A stretch of 60,719 bases of DNA, filler included. It is 8 parts of 8 records of this genome, joined end to end, with 100 filler letters (N's around TTAATTAATTAA, not from the genome) between each part and the next. Parts side by side here need not be neighbours in the genome. Positions count along the whole stretch, not along the records: positions 20,724 to 28,708 come from SRR31147125_59558; positions 28,809 to 37,479 come from SRR31147125_59602; 6 more parts are not named here. One strand, written 5' to 3'. Below are positions 22,983-33,015 of this stretch, piece after piece. The position numbers and the translations under genes were made by a program. The notes beneath the pieces were generated by a model. It was not told the origin of the DNA and searched no databases. It saw only the letters and a list, made by a program, of their open reading frames with translations. Every line of letters begins with the position of its first letter. Positions within the stretch are counted from its first letter, which is position 1.

Positions 22983-24413
22983 CTAACAAATCTGAACAAA
23001 ATCAATATTAAGCAGGAAGGCTAGTTTTTGAATTTTATCAGCAATATGCCCTACGCCAATTGCACAGTGATGTGCTGGTCCTTGCTTTGACCATTGATTC
23101 ATAAATTCCTTTGCGCCAATTGGGAATCGATAACGGCTATTGGTATTGCCAATTTCCAGAATTGGTCCAGAAACGGACTTACCCTCTGCAAGCAATAGGA
23201 AAACCCCATCTTTCCCCTGAACCACAGACAATAGAGTCACATTCCCATGTTTCACTGACATTTGAATAGAAAGACCGCTACCCGGTTTTCCATGATAAAT
23301 TGGCAAAGGCACCAGCTTTACTGGCCCCTCAGCTATCTCAAAATGCCCTGGACCATCATGCCCTAACATGACAATGTCATCATTAAAATCCATCGCATAA
23401 AACTCGGAAAAAGAGCCACCTGCACCAAAGGCATCCATAATTTTCATCGCCTGCGCATTTTTCACTTCACATTCTCCGGCAACTGGAATGTTTTTGCCAG
23501 TCAACAAGGTATTACCAGCAATAACAGAAGTAACAATATTTTCATATTCACTTCCCCACTCGCCTTCATAATAGTAAGCCATTGATCCAAGCTTTTTATT
23601 ATCAACCAATTTATCTAAAGCCACAGAAGTTTTTGCCGACCGAATAAGTTCATCTTTTTCACATTCCGTTGAAACCTCAAAAGTTTTATGAAACTCGACA
23701 ATTTTTTCATCAACTTCTGTCTCGGTAGTTTCATCCCTGTATTTTTTCAACTCACACATTTCCAGCAATTCGATATGCGTACCAAACACTGACGATTGCT
23801 GTGTGAGATCTGTATAAACATCAAGCATTCCATTATAATAATGGCCCAAAATCCCAAGTCTATTTGTACGTAGTATCTGCAATACTTTTGCTGCTTCCAT
23901 CCATTCATGAATCTCCCTCCATGCTGTTTTGTCTTGTAAATACCCAGTAACAAAATCATATTGTATAGCGCAGCGATTAAAGACATTAGCTATCTCAGGT
24001 ACCGAACAGGCCTGACAATGAGCTAACCATTCTCCTGTCATCTCCCCACGATCTTCTAACGAGTTGAATTTTGCATAGTCGATGGCAGCAACAGGCTGTA
24101 GGTTTAGGATAATTACTGGTACTTTAATTTTTTGTGCTACTGGCAATACAGTTGATGATAATGCATATGTAGAGACATAAAGAAAAACCAGCTCCACATC
24201 ATTTTTCTTTAGATAATCGCCAGCTTCTTGAGCCTTTTCAGGTGAATCGACCATACCTGCGTCAATAACTGTACCCCCAAAGTCTTCCATCTTCATCTTA
24301 ATTTGATCTTGATATGCTTTTAGCCGACCGAGAAGTCCTTCAAACTGATCCCAATAAGTATCCAATCCAATTCCAAACAAGCCAACTTTTGCAATTCTTT
24401 TTCTATATTCCAT
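22983..24413 (-). CDS. L-fucose/L-arabinose isomerase family protein
   Basis: GLDTYWDQFEGL, AGECEVKN, GHDGPGH, YHGKPG, GPAHHCAIGVGH. Confidence 0.88.
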   Translation of the reverse strand: MEYRKRIAKVGLFGIGLDTYWDQFEGLLGRLKAYQDQIKMKMEDFGGTVIDAGMVDSPEKAQEAGDYLKKNDVELVFLYVSTYALSSTVLPVAQKIKVPVIILNLQPVAAIDYAKFNSLEDRGEMTGEWLAHCQACSVPEIANVFNRCAIQYDFVTGYLQDKTAWREIHEWMEAAKVLQILRTNRLGILGHYYNGMLDVYTDLTQQSSVFGTHIELLEMCELKKYRDETTETEVDEKIVEFHKTFEVSTECEKDELIRSAKTSVALDKLVDNKKLGSMAYYYEGEWGSEYENIVTSVIAGNTLLTGKNIPVAGECEVKNAQAMKIMDAFGAGGSFSEFYAMDFNDDIVMLGHDGPGHFEIAEGPVKLVPLPIYHGKPGSGLSIQMSVKHGNVTLLSVVQGKDGVFLLLAEGKSVSGPILEIGNTNSRYRFPIGAKEFMNQWSKQGPAHHCAIGVGHIADKIQKLAFLLNIDFVQIC

Positions 24414-24535
24414 TATTTATTGATCTATTAATTAAACTGAATTCATTTTATTACATGCAATATACAAGCAAGTTATGGATTACATGTTTTGATTTCTGAT
24501 CAAATAACTTTAAATTTTGACACAAATAGAATAAA

Positions 24536-25416
24536 ATGAATCCAAATCAAACATACCATAAGGTTGTCTATCCCGCTGTTCATGAATCTGATTTAGACTG
24601 GGGAATAATTATTACCACAATAGGATTTCAATCCATCTCTCAGAACTCACCCTATCCTCCAATGGGTCATCCTGAACAATACACTTTTAGTCCACAGAGA
24701 GGGCGTATTCTTGATGAATATCAACTGGTTTACATTAGCAAAGGGCATGGGGAATTTTCATCAAAGCATAAACGACAGATTAAGCTTAAAGAAGGAACCT
24801 TATTTATGCTTTTCCCGAGAGAATGGCATACTTATAGTCCATGCGAAAATGAAGGATGGGATACTTATTGGGTTGGATTTAGGGGGAATATGCAGATCAT
24901 TTGGTTCAGCAAAAATTTTTTTCATCCAGCAAGCCATTTTGGGAAATTGGATTTCAAGAAGAACTCATCAGGCTTTTCCAGTCAATTATTGATCAGGCAA
25001 ACAGAGAACACCCAGGATACCAGCAATTAATGGGAGGAATTGTCTGTCACCTTCTTGGCTATTTGCACCAATTCCGAAAAGGAAAGAATTTCACAGACAA
25101 AATGGTTACTCAAAAGATAACCAAAGCAAGAATGTTAATGAGAGAGAAAGTGTCACAGATTACACCAGAGGAAGTTGCTTCAAATTTAAACATAAGTTAC
25201 TCGTGGTTTAGAAGAGCCTTTAAAGAATATACTGGATTTAGCCCTGCACAATATCTTACACAGATAAAAATTCAAAAAGCCAAGGAATTACTTGACCACA
25301 CAGACGATCCGATCAAGCACATTGCCAACAAGCTCAATTTTGAATCACCCGATTACTTTTCAGTCTATTTTAAACGACAAACAGGCTTAACCCCTGGAGC
25401 ATATCGGAAAAAATAA
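24536..25416 (+). CDS. AraC family transcriptional regulator; apparent frameshift near 24885
   Basis: Cupin N-terminus (GRILDEYQLVYISKG, WHTYSP) plus HTH (SYSWFRRAFKEYTGFSP, YFSVYFKRQTGLTP). One extra G in the G-run restores the frame. Confidence 0.88.
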
Positions 25417-25421
25417 GTAAT

Positions 25422-26720
25422 TTAAGGTGCTTTTTGCTCTGCAAATAAACTTAATGATTCACCCTTACCCTCAAGTTGAATAAGCTTAACGAGCTGGAAA
25501 GTGTTTTTCTGAATATTATTGCCGACCTTAAATCGAATTGGAACATAATGTTCTCCATACCCGTAAGCAAAACCTTTCGTATCAATCTTTTCAATCAACA
25601 CAATTTGCTCTTTCTGAAGAAATCCTCTCAGATAATTTTCTCGCATTTCATCTGATAATTGACGAATCATTACAGATCGTTCATTTTTGACATGCTCAGG
25701 TATTTGACTATCCATTCGTTCAGCTCTAGTTCCTTTCCTAACCGAATATTTAAAGGTATGCACATGGCTAAAACCAAAGTCATGAACTGATTGCAAGCTT
25801 TGTTGAAAATCAACATTATTTTCACCTGGGAAGCCGACAATCATATCGGTTGTGAAATTGAAATCAGGAATGTTTTTTCGGAATCGGGTTACTATTTCAT
25901 CAAAACGTTTTAAATCATACATTCGTCTCATACGAAGCAAAACCTTATCCGATCCACTTTGAAGGCAAAGATGCAAGTGAGGTGCTAATTTTTCATGCTG
26001 AAAAAGTTCATAAAACCGATCTCCGAAACCATCAGGCTCAAGCGATGATATTCGTATTCTAAAATCACCAGGCAGCTCCAAAATTGCTTCTAGCACATCC
26101 TCAAACCGCTTGTTATCCCATTCGTACCTGCCAATATTAACTCCTGTAACAACTAACTCCTTAAACCCATTATTCAGGGTTTCTTTAACATTCTCAAGTA
26201 TCTGGGGTAAAGCCCTGCTAACCGCACGCCCACGTACAGAAGGAATAATGCAAAATGTACAAAAATTATCACATCCATCCTGAATTTTAATGGCACTCCG
26301 GGTGTGTAAACTTTTATCTACAGAATTAAATTGAAAGACATCTCTAGTCAACTTCTCAGGATGAAGAATCTCCCCTTCGAAATGGGCATCGACTAACTGA
26401 CGAATATTCCCTTTCCTTTCGTTATCTACAACGTAAGTAATTTTGTTCTCGCCTTCTAATTTTTCTTTATAATTATTAGCCATGCAGCCTGTTACAACAA
26501 CCACCGAACCCAGATTATTTCGGACAGCCTTACTAATTATATTTCTGGATTTATGATCACTTTGATTGGTAACCGTACAGGTATTTACAACAACAACATC
26601 AGCCTTTTCTTTAAAATCAACAATGTGGTAACCGGCTTTATCAAAATCGGAAACCAAAGCATCCGTTTCATACTGGTTAAGTCGACAACCTAACGTTTTA
26701 AAAGCCACCTTTTTCATCAA
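25422..26720 (-). CDS. mtaB: tRNA t6A37 methylthiotransferase MtaB
   Basis: TLGCRLNQYET, NTCTVT, KIQDGCDNFCTFC, RISSLEP, HTFKYSVRKGT. Confidence 0.9.
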   Translation of the reverse strand: MMKKVAFKTLGCRLNQYETDALVSDFDKAGYHIVDFKEKADVVVVNTCTVTNQSDHKSRNIISKAVRNNLGSVVVVTGCMANNYKEKLEGENKITYVVDNERKGNIRQLVDAHFEGEILHPEKLTRDVFQFNSVDKSLHTRSAIKIQDGCDNFCTFCIIPSVRGRAVSRALPQILENVKETLNNGFKELVVTGVNIGRYEWDNKRFEDVLEAILELPGDFRIRISSLEPDGFGDRFYELFQHEKLAPHLHLCLQSGSDKVLLRMRRMYDLKRFDEIVTRFRKNIPDFNFTTDMIVGFPGENNVDFQQSLQSVHDFGFSHVHTFKYSVRKGTRAERMDSQIPEHVKNERSVMIRQLSDEMRENYLRGFLQKEQIVLIEKIDTKGFAYGYGEHYVPIRFKVGNNIQKNTFQLVKLIQLEGKGESLSLFAEQKAP

Positions 26721-28065
26721 CTTAATATTTTTTCATTCTGATGAACCAAGTTCCCGCTTAACGAAAAATCAGCAGCTGAAGTAATTTCAACATCTACAAT
26801 CTGCCCCATCAGTTCCGGTGCCTTGCGATCCAATCTAACAATCAGCTTTCCTTCTGTCAACCCGGTACTGAAGCCAGTTTTTCTGTCCGAACCATTCACC
26901 AACAAACGCAATGTTTTACCTACCATTTGCTGGTTATACTCCAATGTATGAATCTTTAGCACTTCTGATAAACGACGATGACGATCTTTCTTAACTCCTT
27001 GTGAAACTTCATCTTCCCAACGATAACTTGCTGCTCCTGGTCGGGGCGAATACATGGCGATATAGGCCATATTGAATTTAAATTCATCCATCGCCACCAC
27101 TGTTTTTTTAAATTCTTCTTCTTCTTCCCCTGTAAAGCCAACAATAATGTCAGTAAACAAAGTAGCTTGAGGAATTAATTCTCGAATATCGCTCACAATT
27201 TTTCGATACTTAGCCATTGAATGGCGACGATTCATTTTAATCAATACTTTCTCATCACCACTTTGCATGGGCAAATGAATTTGTTTCGCCAAACAATCGT
27301 ATTGAGCAATTACTTCAATAACATCACGCCCCATATCCTGAGGATGTGGAGATGTAAAATACACCCAAAACTCTTCTCCTGATAATTTACCATATTCTCC
27401 AACCTGTCTTAACAATTCAGCAAACCCGACTTCAGATCCCTCTTTATCAAGCCCATAAGAATTAACATTCTGTCCAAGCAAGGTAATTGACTTATAACCT
27501 TGATTCACCAAGTGCTTTATTTCATCAAGAATATCAGCTGATGAACGTGAAACCTCCCTTCCTCTAGTATAAGGAACCGCACAAAAAGTACAAAACTTGT
27601 CACATCCATTCTGAATGGGAACAAAAGCTTCGTAGGTTGACTGATATTTTGGCTTAATGTACCACAAATCAACAATACGTTCATTCTGTGGCATAACCGG
27701 TTTTACCTGCAGAGATGCAGCATTACTTACCCCATAGTTTCGAATCATTTCAGGGAATCCCGACAATTCGCTCATCGGAAAAATAATATCGAATGTTTTC
27801 AGGAACTTTTCTTTATCTGCAGGCAAAATACATCCTGAAATAAATGTAATCAGATTGCGTTTATTTTTCCATCTGTTCCATTGAGCTATTTTATTGTAAA
27901 CCTTATCAATTGGTTTTGTCGAACCGAACAAGCCAACATTCCCAGCAAATTGGCTTCTTCTTCATTTTCGGTATAAACATAGCCCACCTTCTCCAATACC
28001 GCACTTACACGCTCGCTATCAGACAGATTCATCTGACAACCCAAAGTAACTAGATGGTATTTCAT
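26717..28065 (-). CDS. miaB: tRNA i6A37 methylthiotransferase MiaB; apparent frameshift near 27915
   Basis: MKYHLVTLGCQMNLSDSER...ACSVRQK from 28065, GCDKFCTFCAVPYTRGREVSR, LLGQNVNSYG, FTSPHP, YSPRPG, TRAM-like tail. Confidence 0.85.
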
Positions 28066-28184
28066 ATCAAATTATTTTTCATGAGGTTGTCCAAAAAGAA
28101 GTTTTAAGTTTTCAAGTGCCCACAAATTGCAGTGTCATGAATAATCATTAACTTTTGGGATAATCTCTTGAATATACCTATTAA

Positions 28185-28708
28185 TTAAAAATAGACCTCG
28201 CAATGCACCTGATCCCTATCGAAACCTTTTTTCTTTAAAATCTCAAGCGCATCAAAAATCATATTTGAATTTCCACATAAATAAAATTGTGTGTCTTTAT
28301 CAAAAGTCTCTTTTTTCAAATACGTTGTTAAGCGCCCATGCACATTCCCTGTTTTATCTCCTGTAGTACATAATATATGCCTATCCGAATCATATTCACT
28401 CTTATCATAAGCCTCATTCCCATAGCGAACACCGTGGATAATCTGGTAGTCAAGTTCAGGATGTGTTCGAACCATACTTCGAAATGGAGCAATACCAGTA
28501 CCGCTGGCAACAAAAACAAATTTGTGGTCGGCTACTTTCTTTTCATCAATGCGAAACTTCCCAAATGGACCATTAACCTCAACCAAACTACCTGGTTTTA
28601 AATTGTTCAGTTTTGGTGAAAAGTAGCCTTCTTTAACTTCCTTTACAAGAACTTCCAGATACTCATCGTTTTCACCATTATAAATTGAATATTCACGACT
28701 TTGATAAT
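28185..28708 (-). CDS. Ferredoxin-NADP reductase-like FAD/NAD-binding oxidoreductase, 5'-truncated
   Basis: SREYSI upstream in frame, GPFGKF, ASGTGIAPFRS, YLCGN, terminal EVYF. Confidence 0.85.
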
Positions 28709-28808
28709 NNNNNNNNNNNNNNNNNNNNNNNNNNNNNNNNNNNNNNNNNNNNTTAATTAATTAANNNNNNNNNNNNNNNNNNNNNNNNNNNNNNNNNNNN
28801 NNNNNNNN

Positions 28809-28974
28809 CCTTTTCTTCTTTTTTGATAGGATAAGCAAGAACTCTAACGCCGAGGTCATCTTCTTTAGTGATGTTCGCACCCGCATGCGCAAGTTCCTGT
28901 TTTACAAGTTCCCTGCCTTTAGCAGCTGCATCTTCTTCTGAACGAAGAATTACAGTAAATTCATAGGTTCTCAT
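28809..28974 (-). CDS. rpsF: 30S ribosomal protein S6, 3'-truncated
   Basis: MRTYEFTVIL...DLGVRVLAYPIKK. Confidence 0.92.
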
Positions 28975-28977
28975 ATC

Positions 28978-29030
28978 CCCTCCTTGTGGTCTAATTTGAT
29001 CCGCTGACAGCGGATAAAGAGGTCAAGGAA
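28978..29030 (-). ncRNA. Probable S6:S18 ribosomal protein leader RNA
   Basis: UCCUUG pairs with CAAGGA, which overlaps the SD. The internal loop has CCA just 5' of the SD strand, and the apical hairpin is AUCCGCUG/CAGCGGAU. A TTGACA lies just upstream (29054-29059). Confidence 0.65.
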
Positions 29031-29194
29031 AATTACCACAGAGACACATGCAATGTCAACAAGCCACTACTTGTTAAATGCCTATTTCTTTACAGTATCA
29101 GGTTTTTTCTGCGGCAATATATAATACTGCAATATCAGTATTATCCTTTCATCCCGTTGTTGATTTTTATTCGTACCTCAAGTACAAATAAAGT

Positions 29195-30754
29195 ATGGAA
29201 AAGAATATTTCTGATGAACAATATGCAGCACTTGGCATCGATAAATCTCTGACATTTCATATCCTGGACCGTGTCAACAGCTCGTCTGAATTTCAAATAA
29301 GTAGTGCATACACATTTCCTGATAGAGAAGACCACGCACTGCATATATTGGATGAAGATTATTCACTGCAGATAACACCTGAGCAGCTGCATTCTTTTTC
29401 AGATCGATGTAACCAAATTGAAGCACTGCAGAAAATTCTTAAAGAATATATAGGTAAGAATACCCCTATATTACTGCACAGAAACATACTCAGGAAAATA
29501 GGTTTAGCTCTTATGCAGAAACTTGCGTATGGAGTGTTAAACGGCGGATTGGCGACCAGTTATGTCGATTCAATTAAGAATTCAGCTTATCTACCTCCAT
29601 TATATTCCATTGTGCAAGATAAGTTTCCAATACTTGCTTCCGGTCAGTCCGGTAAAGCGAAGGCTCTCACACCCGCTTATGTAAATCCGGATGGATCATC
29701 TGGATACTCATTTGCTGAAATGAAAATGCGCGCTGTTCTTATTTTAATGCTTGAATCCTGGACAACTACAGGAATTAAACCACGAATACCGCTTATTGAG
29801 ATGCGTAACCATAATACAGAGCGACAGTTATCTCAAGCCTATCCGGAATTTAAAGACTCTCCGATACTTATTGAACTTATTAATTATATTGAACATGACA
29901 TTATTGATATACGCTATTGTGTGCAGCCGTTCATTGCTGCATATACTCATTCCTGTCACAGTAATAATGGAGAACGACACATATTTACCACTGCATATGG
30001 TCATAAAGACAAGCTGCTGGCACTACCGGGCGGACATGGGCAGAATTTTCAAGTGTTGCAGGAAATATATAGTGACTTGCATAAAGAAGGATATACCTAC
30101 TGCTATCTGGTAAATATTGATAATCTTGGTAATACCCCTGATCCTATCGCATTAGCTGTAACCGCATTACTTGGTGCGGATGCATCTTTCGAATTTACTC
30201 CCAAAACTCGAATCGACCGTAAAGGCGGCGTACTGGTCAGAAATAATCAAAATAACCTTGCTTGTGTGGACATCGGTCCGGCAATCAGCTCAAATGAGAT
30301 TGCAGCTGCAGAAAAAGATGGAAAAGAAATACTTTTTAATTGCGCAACAGGACTTTTCAGTCTCGAATACCTTACGAGAAACATCGATACAATTATCTCT
30401 TCACTTCCTATACGTGTAACTGACCAAAATAAAGATGCAGGTCTTTACGCGCAAGCTGAACAGATTACATGGGAAATAATTGAACAGATACCAGAACCAA
30501 TTGTCTTCTCTGTGAAAAAAAGCTCTCGTTTTCTTGCAGCGAAATTATTATCGGAAATGGTTCTGACATCACAAGCCGATTCAATTATGCCGCTATTGAA
30601 GGACGGCATTGAAAACTATGATATGATGAAAGAACAGATTACTGATCTGCAAAGCGGTTTGCACAACTTGCTTAAAACACATTATGGAATGAAACTGATA
30701 AAAGGCAGATGGGTTCCTAAGTCAGTCAGGGAACTAATTCAGGATTTTGGATAG
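29195..30754 (+). CDS. UTP-glucose-1-phosphate uridylyltransferase, eukaryote-like UGPase/UAP family
   Basis: LNGGLATS, PGGHG, VNIDNLG, KTRIDRKGG, FNCATG, RFLAAK. Confidence 0.8.
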   Translation: MEKNISDEQYAALGIDKSLTFHILDRVNSSSEFQISSAYTFPDREDHALHILDEDYSLQITPEQLHSFSDRCNQIEALQKILKEYIGKNTPILLHRNILRKIGLALMQKLAYGVLNGGLATSYVDSIKNSAYLPPLYSIVQDKFPILASGQSGKAKALTPAYVNPDGSSGYSFAEMKMRAVLILMLESWTTTGIKPRIPLIEMRNHNTERQLSQAYPEFKDSPILIELINYIEHDIIDIRYCVQPFIAAYTHSCHSNNGERHIFTTAYGHKDKLLALPGGHGQNFQVLQEIYSDLHKEGYTYCYLVNIDNLGNTPDPIALAVTALLGADASFEFTPKTRIDRKGGVLVRNNQNNLACVDIGPAISSNEIAAAEKDGKEILFNCATGLFSLEYLTRNIDTIISSLPIRVTDQNKDAGLYAQAEQITWEIIEQIPEPIVFSVKKSSRFLAAKLLSEMVLTSQADSIMPLLKDGIENYDMMKEQITDLQSGLHNLLKTHYGMKLIKGRWVPKSVRELIQDFG

Positions 30755-30797
30755 ATAATCTACCCTTATCCACGACGGTAATATAGTTGGAGAACAG

Positions 30798-32681
30798 ATG
30801 AAAGAAAAGGATGCATCCTATCTGAAAAAAAGTTTAACAACATTGGATATTTTCAGTTTATCTGCCGGTGCTATGATTAGTTCCGGACTTTTTGTTCTTC
30901 CTGGGATCCTTTATGCCGATATAGGTCCATCAATTATTTTTGCCTATCTGCTGGCATCATTATTTATGATACCCGCCATGCTGGCAAAGACGGAGCTTGC
31001 GACAGCTATGCCGAAGGCCGGAGGGGCATACTTCTATATCAACAAAAGCATTGGTTCCTTTATTGGCACATTCAGCGGATTGACCAGCTGGTTTTCGCTT
31101 GCTTTAAAAAGCGCATTTGCTCTTATAGGACTAGGAATATTCATACTCCCTCTTTTCCCGGATACACCCGACTGGACAATTAAAATAGTTGCCGTCTTTT
31201 TTACTATCTTATTTACCATCCTGAATATTCGCGGTGTAAAATCCAGTGGTAGATTTCAAGTATTTTTTGTTGTCCTGCTCTGCCTTATTCTGTTTGCATA
31301 TATTATATTCACTTTACCAAATATTGAAATGAAGAATATACAACCACTGTTTCAAAGTGGTTTTCAACCAACTGTGCAGGCAGCGGCAGTAATATTTATA
31401 TCTTTCGGCGGTTTGACCAAAATCGCTTCAATAGCGGAAGAGATTAAGAATCCGGGAAAAACCATACCCTGCGGCATGTTTTCGGCTTTTTTCACTGTAA
31501 CACTGCTCTATATTCTTGCCTTGCTGAGTACTTCCGGAGTTTTATCTTTTGCAGAATTCAGCACCTCCTTAACTCCATTGTCTGACGGAGCCCAAAAATC
31601 GTTCGGCATATATGGATACATTTTTCTCTCCATTGCTGCCGTAGCAGCATTCATCACAACAGCGAATGCCGGTATCATGGCTGCTTCCAGAACCCCGCTG
31701 GCTATGGCTGAAGACAATTTACTGCCAAAGTTTTTCTGCAGAGTAAATCCGAAAACCGGAACACCTGTCAGGGCTACTCTGGTTACCTCTTCTTTCATGG
31801 TTCTTGTTATCATGCTTTTAGATATCGAAAAGCTTGTAAAAGCTGCTTCAACAATGATGCTGATACTTTTCTGTCTCAACTGCGTTGCAATTCTACTCAT
31901 GCGAGAAAGCGGCATATCAACATACCGACCATTATTCAAAATTCCTCTGTATCCTTTCCTGCCGGTCGTAGGGGTGATCCTCTATATCTATCTCATTATC
32001 AGCATGGGAGTTATTCCTCTATTAATTACAGGTGTCTTTTTTGCCTTTTCGTTTCTCTGGTACATCCTCTATTCCAGAAAAAGAGCAGAGCGCGATTCTG
32101 CACTTATTCATGTTGTGAAGAACATCACAAACAGGCAAATTGTTTCTGATGCGCTGGATACCGAATTGCGTGATATCCTGATACAGCGTGATGACATCGT
32201 TGAGGATCGGTTTGACAGCATTATCAGCAAAGCAATGATAGTTGATCTATCTGAATCCGAAGCAGATGACCATATCGCAGTTTTTTCCATTATTAGTGAT
32301 TATTTTGCCGACAAGTTCTCTTTATCGTCAACTGCTGTAAGGAAACTGCTTGATGAACGGGAACAGGAGTCATCTACAGCAATTTCAGCGGGTCTTGCTA
32401 TTCCACATATAATAGTTGAGGGGCACAGTGATTTTGAAATTATGATCCTGCGCTCAAAGAAAGGTATAGTATTCCCGGATACTGCTAATAATCCAATACA
32501 CCAGATTTTTGCGCTTGCAGGCTCAAGAAAAGAGAGAAATTTTCACCTACAGGCACTTATGGCTATAGCACAAATTGTACAGAATGAGAATTTTTCTAAA
32601 GATTGGCTGAATATGAAGGATGAAAAGGAACTGAAAAACCTAATCCTGCTTGCCAAACGGGCCAGACAGAACAGCATATAA
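30798..32681 (+). CDS. APC-family amino acid permease fused to a C-terminal PTS EIIA (Fru/Ntr-type) domain
   Basis: GAMISSGLFVLPG, ELATAMPKAGG, about 12 TM segments. Tail REQESSTAISAGLAIPH...HLQALMAIAQ. Confidence 0.88.
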   Translation: MKEKDASYLKKSLTTLDIFSLSAGAMISSGLFVLPGILYADIGPSIIFAYLLASLFMIPAMLAKTELATAMPKAGGAYFYINKSIGSFIGTFSGLTSWFSLALKSAFALIGLGIFILPLFPDTPDWTIKIVAVFFTILFTILNIRGVKSSGRFQVFFVVLLCLILFAYIIFTLPNIEMKNIQPLFQSGFQPTVQAAAVIFISFGGLTKIASIAEEIKNPGKTIPCGMFSAFFTVTLLYILALLSTSGVLSFAEFSTSLTPLSDGAQKSFGIYGYIFLSIAAVAAFITTANAGIMAASRTPLAMAEDNLLPKFFCRVNPKTGTPVRATLVTSSFMVLVIMLLDIEKLVKAASTMMLILFCLNCVAILLMRESGISTYRPLFKIPLYPFLPVVGVILYIYLIISMGVIPLLITGVFFAFSFLWYILYSRKRAERDSALIHVVKNITNRQIVSDALDTELRDILIQRDDIVEDRFDSIISKAMIVDLSESEADDHIAVFSIISDYFADKFSLSSTAVRKLLDEREQESSTAISAGLAIPHIIVEGHSDFEIMILRSKKGIVFPDTANNPIHQIFALAGSRKERNFHLQALMAIAQIVQNENFSKDWLNMKDEKELKNLILLAKRARQNSI

Positions 32682-32682
32682 T

Positions 32683-32737
32683 AATAAAAGCTGCTTATAA
32701 TTCAGAACGTATTCCTGAAATTACAGCAGCCTTTATT
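32683..32737. terminator. Hairpin between convergent genes, likely bidirectional terminator
   Basis: AATAAAAGCTGCT ... AGCAGCCTTTATT with an inner TTCAG/CTGAA stem. Confidence 0.45.
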
Positions 32738-32756
32738 GATTCTTAAAAAGAGTATG

Positions 32757-32846
32757 TTATTTCTTTTTATGTCTGTTCTTTCTTAATTTCTTTTTTCTCT
32801 TATGGGTTGCAATTTTATGTCTTTTTCTTTTTTTACCACAAGGCAC
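32757..32846 (-). CDS. 29-aa basic protein of the AURKAIP1/COX24 (bS22/mS38-like) family; not in the ORF track
   Basis: GTG start gives MPCGKKRKRHKIATHKRKKKLRKNRHKKK*, with an AAGGAG RBS 7 nt upstream. Confidence 0.9.
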   Translation of the reverse strand: MPCGKKRKRHKIATHKRKKKLRKNRHKKK

Positions 32847-33015
32847 AGCAGAACTCCTTAAAATTCTAATTCTGAGATATTATGACCATTAAAGCACAGC
32901 AGGTCAAGTGGGTATCGGGTATTTAGCAAATTTATTCGCAAGTAGTAAATTCCCAATTATCTGTATATAATTTGTCTATCATGCAAAAACATACATATAG
33001 ATTGGGAACAGCTGT

